DNA of 60,469 bases. Source: Gammaproteobacteria bacterium. GTDB taxonomy: Bacteria > Pseudomonadota > Gammaproteobacteria > Pseudomonadales > Azotimanducaceae. Of this stretch, positions 1 through 9,281 are shown piece after piece (within the stretch, counting starts at the first letter, position 1; the number at the start of each line of letters is the position of its first letter). The stretch spans positions 1 through 60,469 of the forward strand of contig JAPUGI010000206.1 of the NCBI GenBank assembly GCA_027292925.1. Reading direction: 5' to 3'. Both the position numbers and the translations under genes were made by a program. The notes under the pieces were generated by a model that had not been told where the DNA came from, ran no database searches, and saw only the letters and a program-made list of their open reading frames with translations.

Positions 1-641
1 TCCGGGTTGTCACGGGTTATCTGCAGCCCTGCAATTCCTGTGAGTACACCAAATATCACTACCGCACTGATTGATGTGGGTCGTGAGCCCGCCAGGTCAC
101 TGAAAATGTTTTGTGGAATGAAGCTGACAATGATCGCCGGAAAACTAAGGTCGCTGACCGAAGCCTGGCGGATTTCAAGTACTTCCGCCCGCGCAAGTTC
201 TCTTGCACCCTGGGTTAGTCCCTCCGCGGTCAGACCAAATAGGTTGGTAATGGTGATCGCAACCAATGCAGCAATCATGGTGGTGCTGATAAGGATACCG
301 AGCACCATGCCGCCAATTTTCCCAAGCGTTGCGATTTCCTCCATGCGAACTACTGCTGAAACCATGGACACCAGGATCAGTGGCATCACAATCATTTTCA
401 GTAAACTGACGTAGCCACTGCCGATCACGTCGCTCCATAGCAGTGTTGCACCGATGGCATCACTGTTTGCGCTGTCGGCACCGGTGCTATAGATGAACTG
501 CATTGCCAGGCCGAATGCGGCACCTGCAATCAAGCCGGACAAGACCCGTTTGGATAATGAGAGTCCCTTGTCGGCGAGGTGTGCGAGCATAAGTACCAGC
601 GCGATAAAAACACCCAGGTTTATCATCACGGTTGCGGTCAT
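1..641 (-). CDS. tcyP: Cation:L-cystine/dicarboxylate symporter (DAACS family, TcyP/YdjN-like); 5' part only, gene continues past the left edge
   Basis: Not in the ORF track because it has no stop in the window. The reverse complement from ATG (639-641) reads MTATVMINLGVFIALVLMLAHLADKGLSLSKRVLSGLIAGAAFGLAMQ...GSGYVSLLKMIVMPLILVSMVSAVVRM...NLFGLTAEGLTQG...VSDLSFPAIIVSFIPQNIFSDLAGSRPTSISAVVIFG, open to nt 1. These blocks match my memory of E. coli YdjN/TcyP. Track ORF 7..414(+) is its antisense shadow. Confidence 0.8.
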   Translation of the reverse strand, partial: MTATVMINLGVFIALVLMLAHLADKGLSLSKRVLSGLIAGAAFGLAMQFIYSTGADSANSDAIGATLLWSDVIGSGYVSLLKMIVMPLILVSMVSAVVRMEEIATLGKIGGMVLGILISTTMIAALVAITITNLFGLTAEGLTQGARELARAEVLEIRQASVSDLSFPAIIVSFIPQNIFSDLAGSRPTSISAVVIFGVLTGIAGLQITRDNP

Positions 642-654
642 TTCTGCTTACCAG

Positions 655-1740
655 TTACAAAGACTTGATGGAGTTTATCAGCTTTTTGTTTTCTTCCGGC
701 AGACCTATAGAGATGCGTACTTTGTTGATCAACCTCGGGTCAGAAAAATAGCGAATGAGTATGCCCTGGGTCTTTAGTTCCTCATAGAGCTGTTTTGCTG
801 AACAGGCAAATCCGGTAGGGATTGTTGCCAGCAGGAAGTTTGTCTGGGTTGCCTCGCAGCTGAAGCCCAATTCAAGCAGAGAGTCCCTCAGAGTGTTGCG
901 TTGGGCAATAACTTTACGGCAATTCTCCATTGCATAGTCATGGTTGGAAATCGCGGCCTCGGCAATCAGCTGGCTTATCAGATCAAGGTTATAACTATCG
1001 CGGGTTTTTTCCAGCATTGGTCTGATCAGGGGTTCTGCGCCGATTCCATAGCCAAATCGAAGACCAGCCAGGGAATACCCCTTACTTAGTGTTCTCAAGA
1101 TGACAATATTGTCTTGCTCAAAAATTAGTGGAATGGAATCGTAGTCGTCGTCAATAAAGTCCACGTAAGCTTCGTCAATAAGCAATACTGAATCGAGTTC
1201 TGAAGCGATACAAGCAAGCGTGTCAGTGTCAAGCAATTTTCCGGAAGGGGCATGCGGATTGACCAGGAAAGTCAGCTTGCAGTCCGCCTTGTTGATTCGT
1301 TCCGTAAAGTCGTTTGGAAGTGACCAGTCTTCGTTCAGGGGAACCGTAACAACAGGGCAATCCTGAATCTGCGCTAAAACCGGATAGAGGGAATAGGTTG
1401 GGTCGGTCATCGCAATCGCTTCGCCTGGATTAACGAAAGTTGTAATTAACAGCCGCAGAAGTTCGTCTCCACCCCGGGTGGCAATGATGTTGTGTCGGTC
1501 AACCTTGTGCAGTGAAGCTGCTAGGTCCCGAAATTTATCTGCCCGAGCCGGTGGATAACGACGCAGGACCTTAACGTCGAAGTTTACAATTACCTGCTGG
1601 ATTTCGGGTGCTGGCGGATAGGGATTCTCATTGGTGTTGAGCTTTACAGATTTATCATTTTCAGGTTGTTCCCCGGAAACGTATCCCCGCATCGTTTTAA
1701 TGTTGTTTCTTTCGTAGCGCATCATCAGTGACCGGTGCAA
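655..1740 (-). CDS. hisC: Histidinol-phosphate aminotransferase-like class II PLP aminotransferase
   Basis: 361-aa ORF with the N-terminal block YVSGEQP...VKLNTNENPYPPAP and the PLP-lysine region LRTLSKGYSLAGLRFGY, both typical of HisC. The true start may be a downstream Met (MMRYE...). Confidence 0.8.
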   Translation of the reverse strand: MHRSLMMRYERNNIKTMRGYVSGEQPENDKSVKLNTNENPYPPAPEIQQVIVNFDVKVLRRYPPARADKFRDLAASLHKVDRHNIIATRGGDELLRLLITTFVNPGEAIAMTDPTYSLYPVLAQIQDCPVVTVPLNEDWSLPNDFTERINKADCKLTFLVNPHAPSGKLLDTDTLACIASELDSVLLIDEAYVDFIDDDYDSIPLIFEQDNIVILRTLSKGYSLAGLRFGYGIGAEPLIRPMLEKTRDSYNLDLISQLIAEAAISNHDYAMENCRKVIAQRNTLRDSLLELGFSCEATQTNFLLATIPTGFACSAKQLYEELKTQGILIRYFSDPRLINKVRISIGLPEENKKLINSIKSL

Positions 1741-1748
1741 ATAGTTTG

Positions 1749-2237
1749 TTACGTGTCAGTCCATGGATCGTAGCTAACGTCCAGGATCGTCATTTCGATA
1801 TCACCCTTGGGTCTTTTAACGATCACGTTGGCTCCTTTGCTTTTACCAAGCAGGCTTTTTGCCATCGGTGATTCCAGACTGATCCATCCTTTTTTCAAGT
1901 CAAACTCATCAGCACCAACAATACGTAGATGACTGATCACTCCCTGTTCATCTTTGAGTTTCATCCAGGCGCCGAAGAATATTTTGTCCTGATCAATCGG
2001 CTTTCGATCGACTATTTCCAGGTTATCAAGACGCTTTGTCAGATAACGGATGCGCTTATCTATTTCACGTAATTGTTTCTTACCGTAGATGTAGTCGGCG
2101 TTCTCCGAGCGGTCGCCAAGAGCTGCCGCCTCCGATACTTTTTGTGTTACCTCAGGTCTTTTTTCCCGCCACAGGTAATTCAGTTCGTCGCGGAGTTTTC
2201 GAACACCCTGCGGCGTGATGTAAACCTTGCCTGCCAT
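1749..2237 (-). CDS. greB: Transcript cleavage factor GreB
   Basis: 162 aa. ITPQGVRKLRDELNYLWREKRPEVTQKVSEAAALGDRSENADYIYGKKQLREIDKRIRYL is the Gre coiled-coil signature. A C-terminal FKBP-like domain is present. Confidence 0.9.
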   Translation of the reverse strand: MAGKVYITPQGVRKLRDELNYLWREKRPEVTQKVSEAAALGDRSENADYIYGKKQLREIDKRIRYLTKRLDNLEIVDRKPIDQDKIFFGAWMKLKDEQGVISHLRIVGADEFDLKKGWISLESPMAKSLLGKSKGANVIVKRPKGDIEMTILDVSYDPWTDT

Positions 2238-3289
2238 TATCTAGTTGCTATTTTGATTTTGTCTAGCTGTTGCTGAATCACACGCCAGTCTACGATTTTA
2301 AAGTTCTGGTGTCGTGGCACACCCTCTGGAGATTCATTGGCATCGTCATGTGCGATGAAGAACCCGGAAGGAAACCTGGACCCGTAGTTGACACTGGAGG
2401 CATCAATTCCGTCTGTTTTAGAGGTGCCGTCAATATCACCAGCCGGTTCAATTCCGAATGTGCCTAAGTGTTTATCGCCTAGTCTGTCATATATCACAAA
2501 TCTGCTGTTGCCTTGGGATGAAACGATGAGATAGCCCTTGCCATCGCCTGAATCGTAAATTGCTAGGCCCTCTAGGTCAGCTTTCAATGCACTCAACCAG
2601 TTCAAGTCAATGATTTTCTCAACCGTTTTGCTTTTAGGATCAGCATCGTATCTCCAGATCCCAACTGACTCCTCCGCGATGTAGAGTTTGTTGTAAAAAT
2701 CATCGACAACGCAGCCTTCAGCACTTGATCCGAGGCTAAATTGGCGAACCTGACTGGCTGACCACTGTGCATCGGAGTGAATCCTGAACTGGCGTACTTC
2801 ACCGAGATTACTAATCACGAAGTAATAAAACTGGTTGTTGTTTTTGTATAAACAAAGACCTCGAGCTTTAAGCAACCCTGTATCAATATTCTCGATCGTG
2901 AGTTGTACGAGTTTTAGATTGTTCGGGTCGATCGTTAATAAGGAGACATCGTTATGCTGCCAGTGGCTGACGGCAATAATTGGAATTTGTTGCCCGTCAT
3001 GATCGTAACCATAACGGATATCTATATTGTTAGGGGAACCGCCTTGCAGAAATTGTATTTGCTTACCCTGAAGGTCATAAACAAGAATCCCCAATGGTTT
3101 TGATGGTGTTTGGTTGTTGTTTTTCAGGGTTGCCAGAATTAGTGAGCGTGAAGGATTTTCAGCGTTTACCCAGACTGCAATATCATCCACGGAATCTCCC
3201 GGGTAGGGTGAAGGTTCGGTTTCCGTGGTTGCTCCAACGTAAAACATGGAAAAAATCAGCAGAAAGGATTGCCAGATAGAGTCAACCAT
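2237..3289 (-). CDS. Secreted beta-propeller 3-phytase
   Basis: 350 aa with an N-terminal signal-like segment. Blocks DDIAVWVN, NNIDIRYGY, LYIAEESVGIWRY, EGLAIYDSGDGKGYLIVSSQGNSRFVIYDR, DGTSKTDGID and NFKIVDW closely parallel Bacillus PhyC-type beta-propeller phytase as I remember it. Confidence 0.88.
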   Translation of the reverse strand: MVDSIWQSFLLIFSMFYVGATTETEPSPYPGDSVDDIAVWVNAENPSRSLILATLKNNNQTPSKPLGILVYDLQGKQIQFLQGGSPNNIDIRYGYDHDGQQIPIIAVSHWQHNDVSLLTIDPNNLKLVQLTIENIDTGLLKARGLCLYKNNNQFYYFVISNLGEVRQFRIHSDAQWSASQVRQFSLGSSAEGCVVDDFYNKLYIAEESVGIWRYDADPKSKTVEKIIDLNWLSALKADLEGLAIYDSGDGKGYLIVSSQGNSRFVIYDRLGDKHLGTFGIEPAGDIDGTSKTDGIDASSVNYGSRFPSGFFIAHDDANESPEGVPRHQNFKIVDWRVIQQQLDKIKIATR

Positions 3290-3295
3290 TTCGGA

Positions 3296-3697
3296 TTACA
3301 AAATATCCAATCGTGCGAGTAGCATCACTAACCACACCATACCGACGATAATCAGGGAGATCATTACTGCCGCAGAGCCGTAGTCCTTGGCCAGGGCTGA
3401 TATTGGGTGGTGTTTGTTGCCGATTCTGTCGATCGCAGCTTCTACGGCGGAATTGAGGAGCTCGACCACGAGCACCAACAGGCATACCGCCATCAGCAAT
3501 ACGAAATCAACTGGAGACTCGGCGATCCAGATGCCAGGAGGAATCAACACAAGAATTAGCACGATTTCCTGGCGAAATGCTGACTCTCGTCGAAACGCGG
3601 CGACCAGTCCCTGGCGGGAAAAACGGGTAGCATTAATAAGGTGGCGTAATCCTGTATTGGACGCCTTGTCGAAACTGGATTCTGTTTCCTGACTCAT
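3296..3697 (-). CDS. dgkA: Diacylglycerol kinase (DgkA)
   Basis: ESAFRQEIVL...VVELLNSAVEAAIDRIG...AKDYGSAAV matches the E. coli DgkA core. I prefer the internal Met (MSQETESS..., CAT at 3695-3697), giving 133 aa, over the track start at 3745. Confidence 0.85.
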   Translation of the reverse strand: MSQETESSFDKASNTGLRHLINATRFSRQGLVAAFRRESAFRQEIVLILVLIPPGIWIAESPVDFVLLMAVCLLVLVVELLNSAVEAAIDRIGNKHHPISALAKDYGSAAVMISLIIVGMVWLVMLLARLDIL

Positions 3698-3806
3698 TAT
3701 TACAAGATCTGGCACATTAAAGAGCTTGGCTACAAGAGCCGACAAGGTGCCATAGGAATAGCTTCAAAGCAACAGCAAGTAAAGTAATGGTGCGCCAGTT
3801 AAGGCT

Positions 3807-3834
3807 CTTGAATCGATTTAGGGTGCCCCCACTA
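3807..3834 (+). promoter_or_regulatory. Sigma32 (RpoH) heat-shock promoter of clpB
   Basis: CTTGAA (3807-3812), 13 nt, then CCCCACTAT (3826-3834), about 38 nt upstream of the clpB ATG. It fits the CTTGAA-N13/14-CCCCATNT consensus. Confidence 0.7.
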
Positions 3835-3872
3835 TAGATGGCAGAACATTCGATTAGAGTATCAGCACGCAT

Positions 3873-6440
3873 ATGGATAAATTTACAAGCAAACTACAGG
3901 ATGCGCTGTCTGAGGCGCAATCTATAGCTGTCGGAAAAGATCATAATTATTTGCAACCAGTACATCTGGTACTGGCGTTACTGAACCAAAAAGCCGGTTC
4001 AACTCAACCCTTGTTATCGCAGATGGGTATTGATGTTACAAATTTCCGGGAGGAATTGGATCATCTAGTCGAGGCTCTGCCGAAGATAAAGGAAAACCTC
4101 GGAGACATTCAGATGTCACCAGAATTGAGCCGCTTGCTGAACCTGGCGGACAAATATGCCCAGGAGAGGGGCGATCAGTTTATTGCCAGCGAGGTTGTCT
4201 TACTTGCCGCCCTGGACGATAAGACTGAACTGGGAGACCTGTTCGCTAAATATGGTATTCAGAAAAATTTACTTCACCGGGTCATCGACCAGATCAGGGG
4301 TGGTGACAAGGTGGATGATCCCAATGCGGAAGACACCCGACAGGCGTTGGAAAAATATACGGTCAACCTGACTGAACAAGCCGAAAGTGGAAAACTGGAC
4401 CCGGTTATAGGCCGCGACGACGAGATCAGGCGAACTATCCAGGTTCTGCAACGACGAACCAAGAATAATCCGGTGTTGATCGGTGAACCTGGTGTCGGAA
4501 AAACAGCCATAGTAGAAGGGTTGGCGCAAAGGATAGTCAATGGTGAAGTTCCAGAAGGGCTAAAAAACAAGAAAATCCTGTCGCTGGACATGGGTTCCCT
4601 GATTGCTGGTGCCAAGTTCAGGGGAGAATTTGAAGAGCGACTTAAGGCCGTGCTCAGTGAACTGGCGAGGCAAGAAGGTAGCGTCATCCTCTTTATCGAT
4701 GAATTACATACCATGGTCGGTGCCGGGAAGGCAGAAGGCGCAATGGATGCCGGGAATATGTTAAAACCCGCTCTGGCGCGTGGCGAGTTACACTGCGTTG
4801 GAGCGACAACCCTGGATGAGTATCGCCAGTATCTTGAATCTGATGCGGCGCTGGAGCGTCGTTTTCAAAAAATCCAGGTAGATGAGCCGAATGTGGATGA
4901 CACCGTCGCCATACTTCGTGGACTGAAAGAACGCTATGAGATTCATCATGGTGTGGATATCACGGATCCGGCAATTATCGCCGCTGCAAAACTTTCCCAC
5001 CGCTATATCGCTGATCGACAGCTCCCGGATAAGGCAATTGACCTGGTGGATGAAGCTGCCAGCCTGATTCGAATGGAAATGGATTCCAAACCTGAGGACA
5101 TGGATCGTCTCGAGCGACGTCTTATCCAGCTCAAGATTGAGAAGGAAGCCCTTAAAAATGAGACAGATGAGGGTTCAAAGCAACGTCTGGATGACCTGGT
5201 CGAGAAAATTGACACAATTGAAAAAGAATTTTCAGATCTGGAGGAAATCTGGAATGCAGAAAAAGCTGCACTACACGGTGCGCAGCAGATCAAAGAGGAC
5301 CTGGAGCAGGCCCGACTAGACCTTGAAACTGCACGCAGGGCAGGTGACCTTACAAAGATGTCTGAATTGCAATATGGCGTAATCCCCAATCTTGACAGTC
5401 AGCTTGAGGCGGCATCACAAACCGATATGTCAAGCATGCAGTTGCTGCGCAACAAGGTAACCGATGAGGAAATTGCAGATGTGGTTTCCAAATGGACTGG
5501 TATTCCCGTTTCCAAGATGCTGGAAAGTGAAAAAGGAAAACTGTTGCAACTCGAGGATGAGCTTCACAAACAAGTGGTAGGTCAAGGCGAGGCAGTCAGT
5601 GCAGTTGCCAATGCGATACGCAGATCCCGTGCCGGATTGTCAGATCCGAACAGACCTAACGGTTCATTCCTGTTCCTCGGTCCAACCGGAGTTGGTAAAA
5701 CTGAGCTGTGCAAGGCACTGGCCCGATTCCTCTTTGATACCGAAGATGCTTTGATACGAATCGATATGTCCGAGTATATGGAGAAACATTCTGTCGCGCG
5801 GCTGATCGGCGCACCACCGGGATATGTTGGTTATGAAGAAGGAGGTTACCTAACAGAACTTGTGAGGCGTAAACCTTACTCGGTGATCCTACTGGATGAA
5901 ATTGAAAAAGCCCACGCAGATGTGTTCAACATTTTGCTGCAGGTTCTCGATGACGGTCGCTTAACAGATGGGCATGGCCGAACCGTCGATTTTAAAAACA
6001 CCGTGCTGGTAATGACCTCTAACCTGGGGTCCGACCTGATACAGGACCTGGCTGGTGGTTCCTATGAACAGATGAAGGAAGCAGTGATGACCATAGTCGG
6101 GCAACACTTCAGGCCTGAATTCCTGAATCGGGTTGATGACGTTGTGGTATTTCATCCCTTGTCCAAAGACCAGATCATGGATATTGCGCGGATTCAGTTG
6201 CGGGTTCTGCAGGACAGGATCGGGGAACTCGATATTTGTGTGCAATTTGACAAGGACGCATTGGCGTTTCTCACGGATGTCGGTTACGACCCGGTATATG
6301 GCGCAAGACCCTTGAAACGGGCTATCCAGAAGCATGTGGAGAATCTCCTGGCTCAGGATATCCTTTCCGGTGTATTCAAGGCCGGAGACAAGATACTAGT
6401 TCAAAAACAGGGTGAGGACCTTGCATTCTCGGTAGCCTAA
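3873..6440 (+). CDS. clpB: Disaggregase chaperone ClpB
   Basis: 855 aa with two AAA+ modules (Walker A GEPGVGKT and GPTGVGKT), a coiled-coil middle domain and a Clp N-domain. Full length. Confidence 0.97.
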   Translation: MDKFTSKLQDALSEAQSIAVGKDHNYLQPVHLVLALLNQKAGSTQPLLSQMGIDVTNFREELDHLVEALPKIKENLGDIQMSPELSRLLNLADKYAQERGDQFIASEVVLLAALDDKTELGDLFAKYGIQKNLLHRVIDQIRGGDKVDDPNAEDTRQALEKYTVNLTEQAESGKLDPVIGRDDEIRRTIQVLQRRTKNNPVLIGEPGVGKTAIVEGLAQRIVNGEVPEGLKNKKILSLDMGSLIAGAKFRGEFEERLKAVLSELARQEGSVILFIDELHTMVGAGKAEGAMDAGNMLKPALARGELHCVGATTLDEYRQYLESDAALERRFQKIQVDEPNVDDTVAILRGLKERYEIHHGVDITDPAIIAAAKLSHRYIADRQLPDKAIDLVDEAASLIRMEMDSKPEDMDRLERRLIQLKIEKEALKNETDEGSKQRLDDLVEKIDTIEKEFSDLEEIWNAEKAALHGAQQIKEDLEQARLDLETARRAGDLTKMSELQYGVIPNLDSQLEAASQTDMSSMQLLRNKVTDEEIADVVSKWTGIPVSKMLESEKGKLLQLEDELHKQVVGQGEAVSAVANAIRRSRAGLSDPNRPNGSFLFLGPTGVGKTELCKALARFLFDTEDALIRIDMSEYMEKHSVARLIGAPPGYVGYEEGGYLTELVRRKPYSVILLDEIEKAHADVFNILLQVLDDGRLTDGHGRTVDFKNTVLVMTSNLGSDLIQDLAGGSYEQMKEAVMTIVGQHFRPEFLNRVDDVVVFHPLSKDQIMDIARIQLRVLQDRIGELDICVQFDKDALAFLTDVGYDPVYGARPLKRAIQKHVENLLAQDILSGVFKAGDKILVQKQGEDLAFSVA

Positions 6441-6462
6441 TGGCAGCAGAATAGGTCATTTT

Positions 6463-6482
6463 TACTGTACATATACCCAGTA
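6463..6482. promoter_or_regulatory. LexA (SOS) box 1
   Basis: TACTGTACATATACCCAGTA has CTG (6465-6467), 10 nt, then CAG (6478-6480). It is close to the gammaproteobacterial consensus TACTG(TA)5CAGTA. Confidence 0.65.
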
Positions 6483-6489
6483 ATCTGTA

Positions 6490-6509
6490 TACTGTGTTTT
6501 TATACAGTA
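6490..6509. promoter_or_regulatory. LexA (SOS) box 2
   Basis: TACTGTGTTTTTATACAGTA has CTG (6492-6494), 10 nt, then CAG (6505-6507). Its centre lies 27 bp from box 1. Confidence 0.65.
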
Positions 6510-6526
6510 TATGGATAGGTAATTAA

Positions 6527-6748
6527 GTGCACAGGGAAATATCTGTTAGGGAATTTGGCATGGATCATTCGGAAATGGCGATGCAGGCTGCAAAGCTTAT
6601 GCGCCATTCGAAGCAAAAACAGAAGACCGGACGCGTGGTCTGTCACCATCTGCGAATGATGTTGGTAACGGATCAACTTGTTGCACGATCTTTTCTGTCA
6701 GGAAGTTCACCCAAAGCCGGAGAAAAACAGTTCGCCCTTGGGTTTTAG
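6527..6748 (+). CDS. Hypothetical small basic protein (73 codons from GTG, or 62 from ATG at 6560); coding status uncertain
   Basis: This is the only ORF downstream of the twin LexA boxes. AGGT lies 7 nt before the GTG. I recognised no family, and the 3' third overlaps a degenerate copy of the 50-bp repeat. Confidence 0.2.
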   Translation: MHREISVREFGMDHSEMAMQAAKLMRHSKQKQKTGRVVCHHLRMMLVTDQLVARSFLSGSSPKAGEKQFALGF

Positions 6749-6778
6749 ACTATTTTTCCCCAGTCTATTTATACCAGC

Positions 6779-6906
6779 CTATTTATACCAGATCATAATT
6801 TCACCCAAAGCCGGGCAGTTTGCCCGGCCTATTTATACCAGATCAGAATTTCACCCAAAGCCGGGCAGTTTGCCCGAGCTATTTATACCAGATCAGAATT
6901 TCACCT
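6779..6906. repeat. Tandem direct repeat, 50-bp unit x ~2.5, each unit carrying the hairpin CCGGGCA-GTT-TGCCCGG
   Basis: CTATTTATACCAGATCA(T/G)AATTTCACCCAAAGCCGGGCAGTTTGCCCG(GC/AG) starts at 6779, 6829 and 6879, an exact 50-nt period. A degenerate partial copy lies at about 6704-6778 (TTCACCCAAAGCCGG..., CTATTTATACCAG at 6765). Confidence 0.9.
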
Positions 6907-8006
6907 AGCCAGCGTAGGGACCTGGACGCTCCAATAAGATCTGCTTGTAATTTTTCCTTGCCAGTGGCGGGATTTTCACGCAGAAAGATCTCAACGTTGA
7001 TAACGTTATCCAGGTAATGCAAGGTCAATTTCTGTATGTCTTGCTCACGTAGATAATCTTGCCAGGCAGCTAATAATTCTGTTCTAACTTCATTCCTAAG
7101 CGGCGGCATGACAGTGGTTGTGCCTTCCGCATCGTCCTCGGCGTCGATGTGGACGGTAATGTCACTGATTTCCTGGAACTTGCTCTCTAGCTGCTGGCTG
7201 ACCCAGTCACCAATATGGTGACCCTCTGAAACGCTGATGGCAGGGTCAACCTGCAAGTGGATATCGAGTATAACCGCGGACCCCATTCGACGCGTTCTTA
7301 AACTGTGGACGCCGCGAACGCCATCTGCTTTTACAATTGTTTCCTGAATGTCTGCGACATAATTTTCTGAGAGTGCAGTGTCCACCAATTCCTCGACACT
7401 CTCCTTCACCAGTTTCCAGCCAATAAGAGCGATCATGAAAGCAACTCCCATGGCCGCGACCATTTCCAGCCAGGTGATGCCAAGTATTGCACCGCCAACA
7501 CCCACAAGTACGATAATCGAGGACAAGGCATCGCTGCGATGATGCCAGGCGTTGGCCAGTAGTAGATTGGATTTTATTTTTTCGCCCATCTTCCTGGTGA
7601 TTTGATACAGCCATTCTTTTGCCGCGATGGAAATCACCGCAGCTACCAGCGCAGGCCAGGTCGGTGTGACAATCGACTCGATGTCAATCAGGCGAAGTAC
7701 ACTGTCGTATACAAGCGCTACTGCGACAAGGATTAGCACGGTGCCGAGTATCAGCGCACCCAGTGTTTCGAATCGTGCATGACCATAGGGATGGTCTTCA
7801 TCCGGCGCTTCCGTGCCAAGGCGATTCAAAAACCACACCATGATATCTGTGGCAAGATCTGAAAAAGAGTGAATACCGTCCGCGATGAGCGCATGGGAAT
7901 TGGCAAACCAACCGACTACAATTTTCAGGAGACCCAGGGCAAGATCGACCATGCCGCTTTGAATCAACAGGTTTCGTGTTTTCTGATGGCTTTGATTGGA
8001 CATCAT
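6879..8006 (-). CDS. Cation diffusion facilitator (CDF) family metal efflux transporter (FieF/YiiP-like)
   Basis: 375 aa with HALIADGIHSFSDLATD and DHPYGHARFE motifs, six predicted TM helices and a C-terminal cytoplasmic domain. The last ~9 codons (GEILIWYK*) are encoded by the terminal repeat unit. Confidence 0.85.
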   Translation of the reverse strand: MMSNQSHQKTRNLLIQSGMVDLALGLLKIVVGWFANSHALIADGIHSFSDLATDIMVWFLNRLGTEAPDEDHPYGHARFETLGALILGTVLILVAVALVYDSVLRLIDIESIVTPTWPALVAAVISIAAKEWLYQITRKMGEKIKSNLLLANAWHHRSDALSSIIVLVGVGGAILGITWLEMVAAMGVAFMIALIGWKLVKESVEELVDTALSENYVADIQETIVKADGVRGVHSLRTRRMGSAVILDIHLQVDPAISVSEGHHIGDWVSQQLESKFQEISDITVHIDAEDDAEGTTTVMPPLRNEVRTELLAAWQDYLREQDIQKLTLHYLDNVINVEIFLRENPATGKEKLQADLIGASRSLRWLGEILIWYK

Positions 8007-8057
8007 TGCTGGGTGCTTTCATTATGTTCGCTGGTGATTTGGAGATGGTAGTTTCTA

Positions 8058-8290
8058 GTGGATCATATTGATACCTGTATTGTTGGTGCTGGCGTCGTCG
8101 GGTTAGCCATTGGCAGACATGTAATTCAGACCCAAATTGCAAGGGCCCGGAGACCCCCGCTGACTTTGTTATCCAGGGAGAAAATATTCATGGCAACGAA
8201 TGGCTAGTTCAACTCTTTGGCATTGAATCTCACGGATTGACTTCTTCCCTGGCAATAGCAGATTATGTGGCGGACCTATTATTAGCTTGA
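8058..8290 (+). pseudogene. Remnant of an FAD-dependent oxidoreductase (DAO/LhgO-like): N-terminal dinucleotide-binding motif and C-terminal tail only
   Basis: Frame 0 from GTG 8058 reads [22 protein letters not shown]... (GxGxxG) and stops at 8205-8207. A different frame from 8204 reads [28 protein letters not shown] (stop 8288-8290), the typical C-terminus of the same family. About 300 internal codons are missing. Confidence 0.6.
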
Positions 8291-8324
8291 CCTTGTACCT
8301 GATTCAGGATTGACAATTATCATC

Positions 8325-9260
8325 ATGCACAGTCACGCGGGCCACGATCACTCCGTTGATTCTCCTCATGACCACGATCATGGGATGAATCTGGAAAACG
8401 TTAACCTGAGCTTCATTATTGCCGTTACGGCAAACTTGTTGTTCACGGTAGTTGAAGCATTTTATGCCTTTATTGCCAACTCTGTGAGCTTGTTGGGAGA
8501 TGCAGGGCACAATCTGGCTGACGTTTTGGGTCTGTTGTTAGCCTGGGGAGCCACTTACCTCGCCAGCAAGAAGGCCAGCGAATTGTATAGTTATGGCTAC
8601 CGGCGAACGACAATATTGGCCGCCATCATTAACGCCATGGTGCTTGTATTTGCGGCACTGTATATCGCTTTTGAGTCTGTTGAAAAGTTCCTGAATCCAT
8701 CTCCAATCGCTGAAATCGCAATGATGATTGTTGCCAGTATCGGCATCGCCGTCAATGCCGGTACTGCAATGTTGTTTGTAAAGGGCAGGAAAAGTGATCT
8801 TAATCTTAAAGCGGCTTTCCTGCATCTTGCCTACGACGCACTGATATCGGCTGGTGTAGTTATCGCTGCAATTGTCATCTATTTTACCGGGTGGCTATGG
8901 ATAGACCCGACGGTAGGTCTGCTGATTGTTTTTGTGATCTTGGCCGGGACATGGGGACTGTTACGTGACTCGGTTAATTTGATTCTCGATGCTGTACCAC
9001 AGGGAATTGATCGCAAAGCTGTGCATCGATACCTGCAGGAAATTACCGGGGTTAGCCAGGTTCATGATTTGCATATCTGGGCGATGAGTACTTATGAAAA
9101 TTGTCTGACTGCCCACCTGGTAATGCCGGAGAATACCTTATGGGATTCGGAAGATGGGTATGCTGCTATCGGTTCTTCCCTCAAGGAAAAGTTCAATATC
9201 CATCACGTCACACTGCAGGTTGAAAAAGATATGGAGTGCGCCAACCTGGATTGTGACTAG
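8325..9260 (+). CDS. czcD: CDF family Zn/Co/Cd efflux transporter (CzcD/ZitB-like) with His-rich N-terminus
   Basis: MHSHAGHDHSVDSPHDHDHG... is followed by SVSLLGDAGHNLADV and FLHLAYDALIS (CDF signature HxxxD pairs). The track start is TTG 8310, but I prefer ATG 8325. Confidence 0.85.
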   Translation: MHSHAGHDHSVDSPHDHDHGMNLENVNLSFIIAVTANLLFTVVEAFYAFIANSVSLLGDAGHNLADVLGLLLAWGATYLASKKASELYSYGYRRTTILAAIINAMVLVFAALYIAFESVEKFLNPSPIAEIAMMIVASIGIAVNAGTAMLFVKGRKSDLNLKAAFLHLAYDALISAGVVIAAIVIYFTGWLWIDPTVGLLIVFVILAGTWGLLRDSVNLILDAVPQGIDRKAVHRYLQEITGVSQVHDLHIWAMSTYENCLTAHLVMPENTLWDSEDGYAAIGSSLKEKFNIHHVTLQVEKDMECANLDCD

Positions 9261-9281
9261 GGATTCAAGGGTAAGATTTTT

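Noticed and set aside
7-438. Track ORFs 7..414(+) and 175..438(-) at the left edge.
   Set aside because: Both are shadows or alternative frames of the edge-truncated TcyP-like transporter gene, whose translation matches a known family over its whole length.
6779-6906. Regularly spaced 50-bp repeats containing a palindrome, which superficially look like CRISPR.
   Set aside because: The repeats are directly contiguous with no unique spacers, there are only ~2.5 units, and no cas genes are present. The unit equals the 3' end of the adjacent CDF gene plus its hairpin.
8287-8317. A possible MerR-type metal-responsive promoter for czcD: TTGACC, a 19-nt spacer with the dyad CCTGA-T-TCAGG, then GACAAT.
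   Set aside because: The dyad arms are only 5 bp, the -10 is poor, and no merR/zntR-like regulator gene lies nearby. The evidence is too weak to call.
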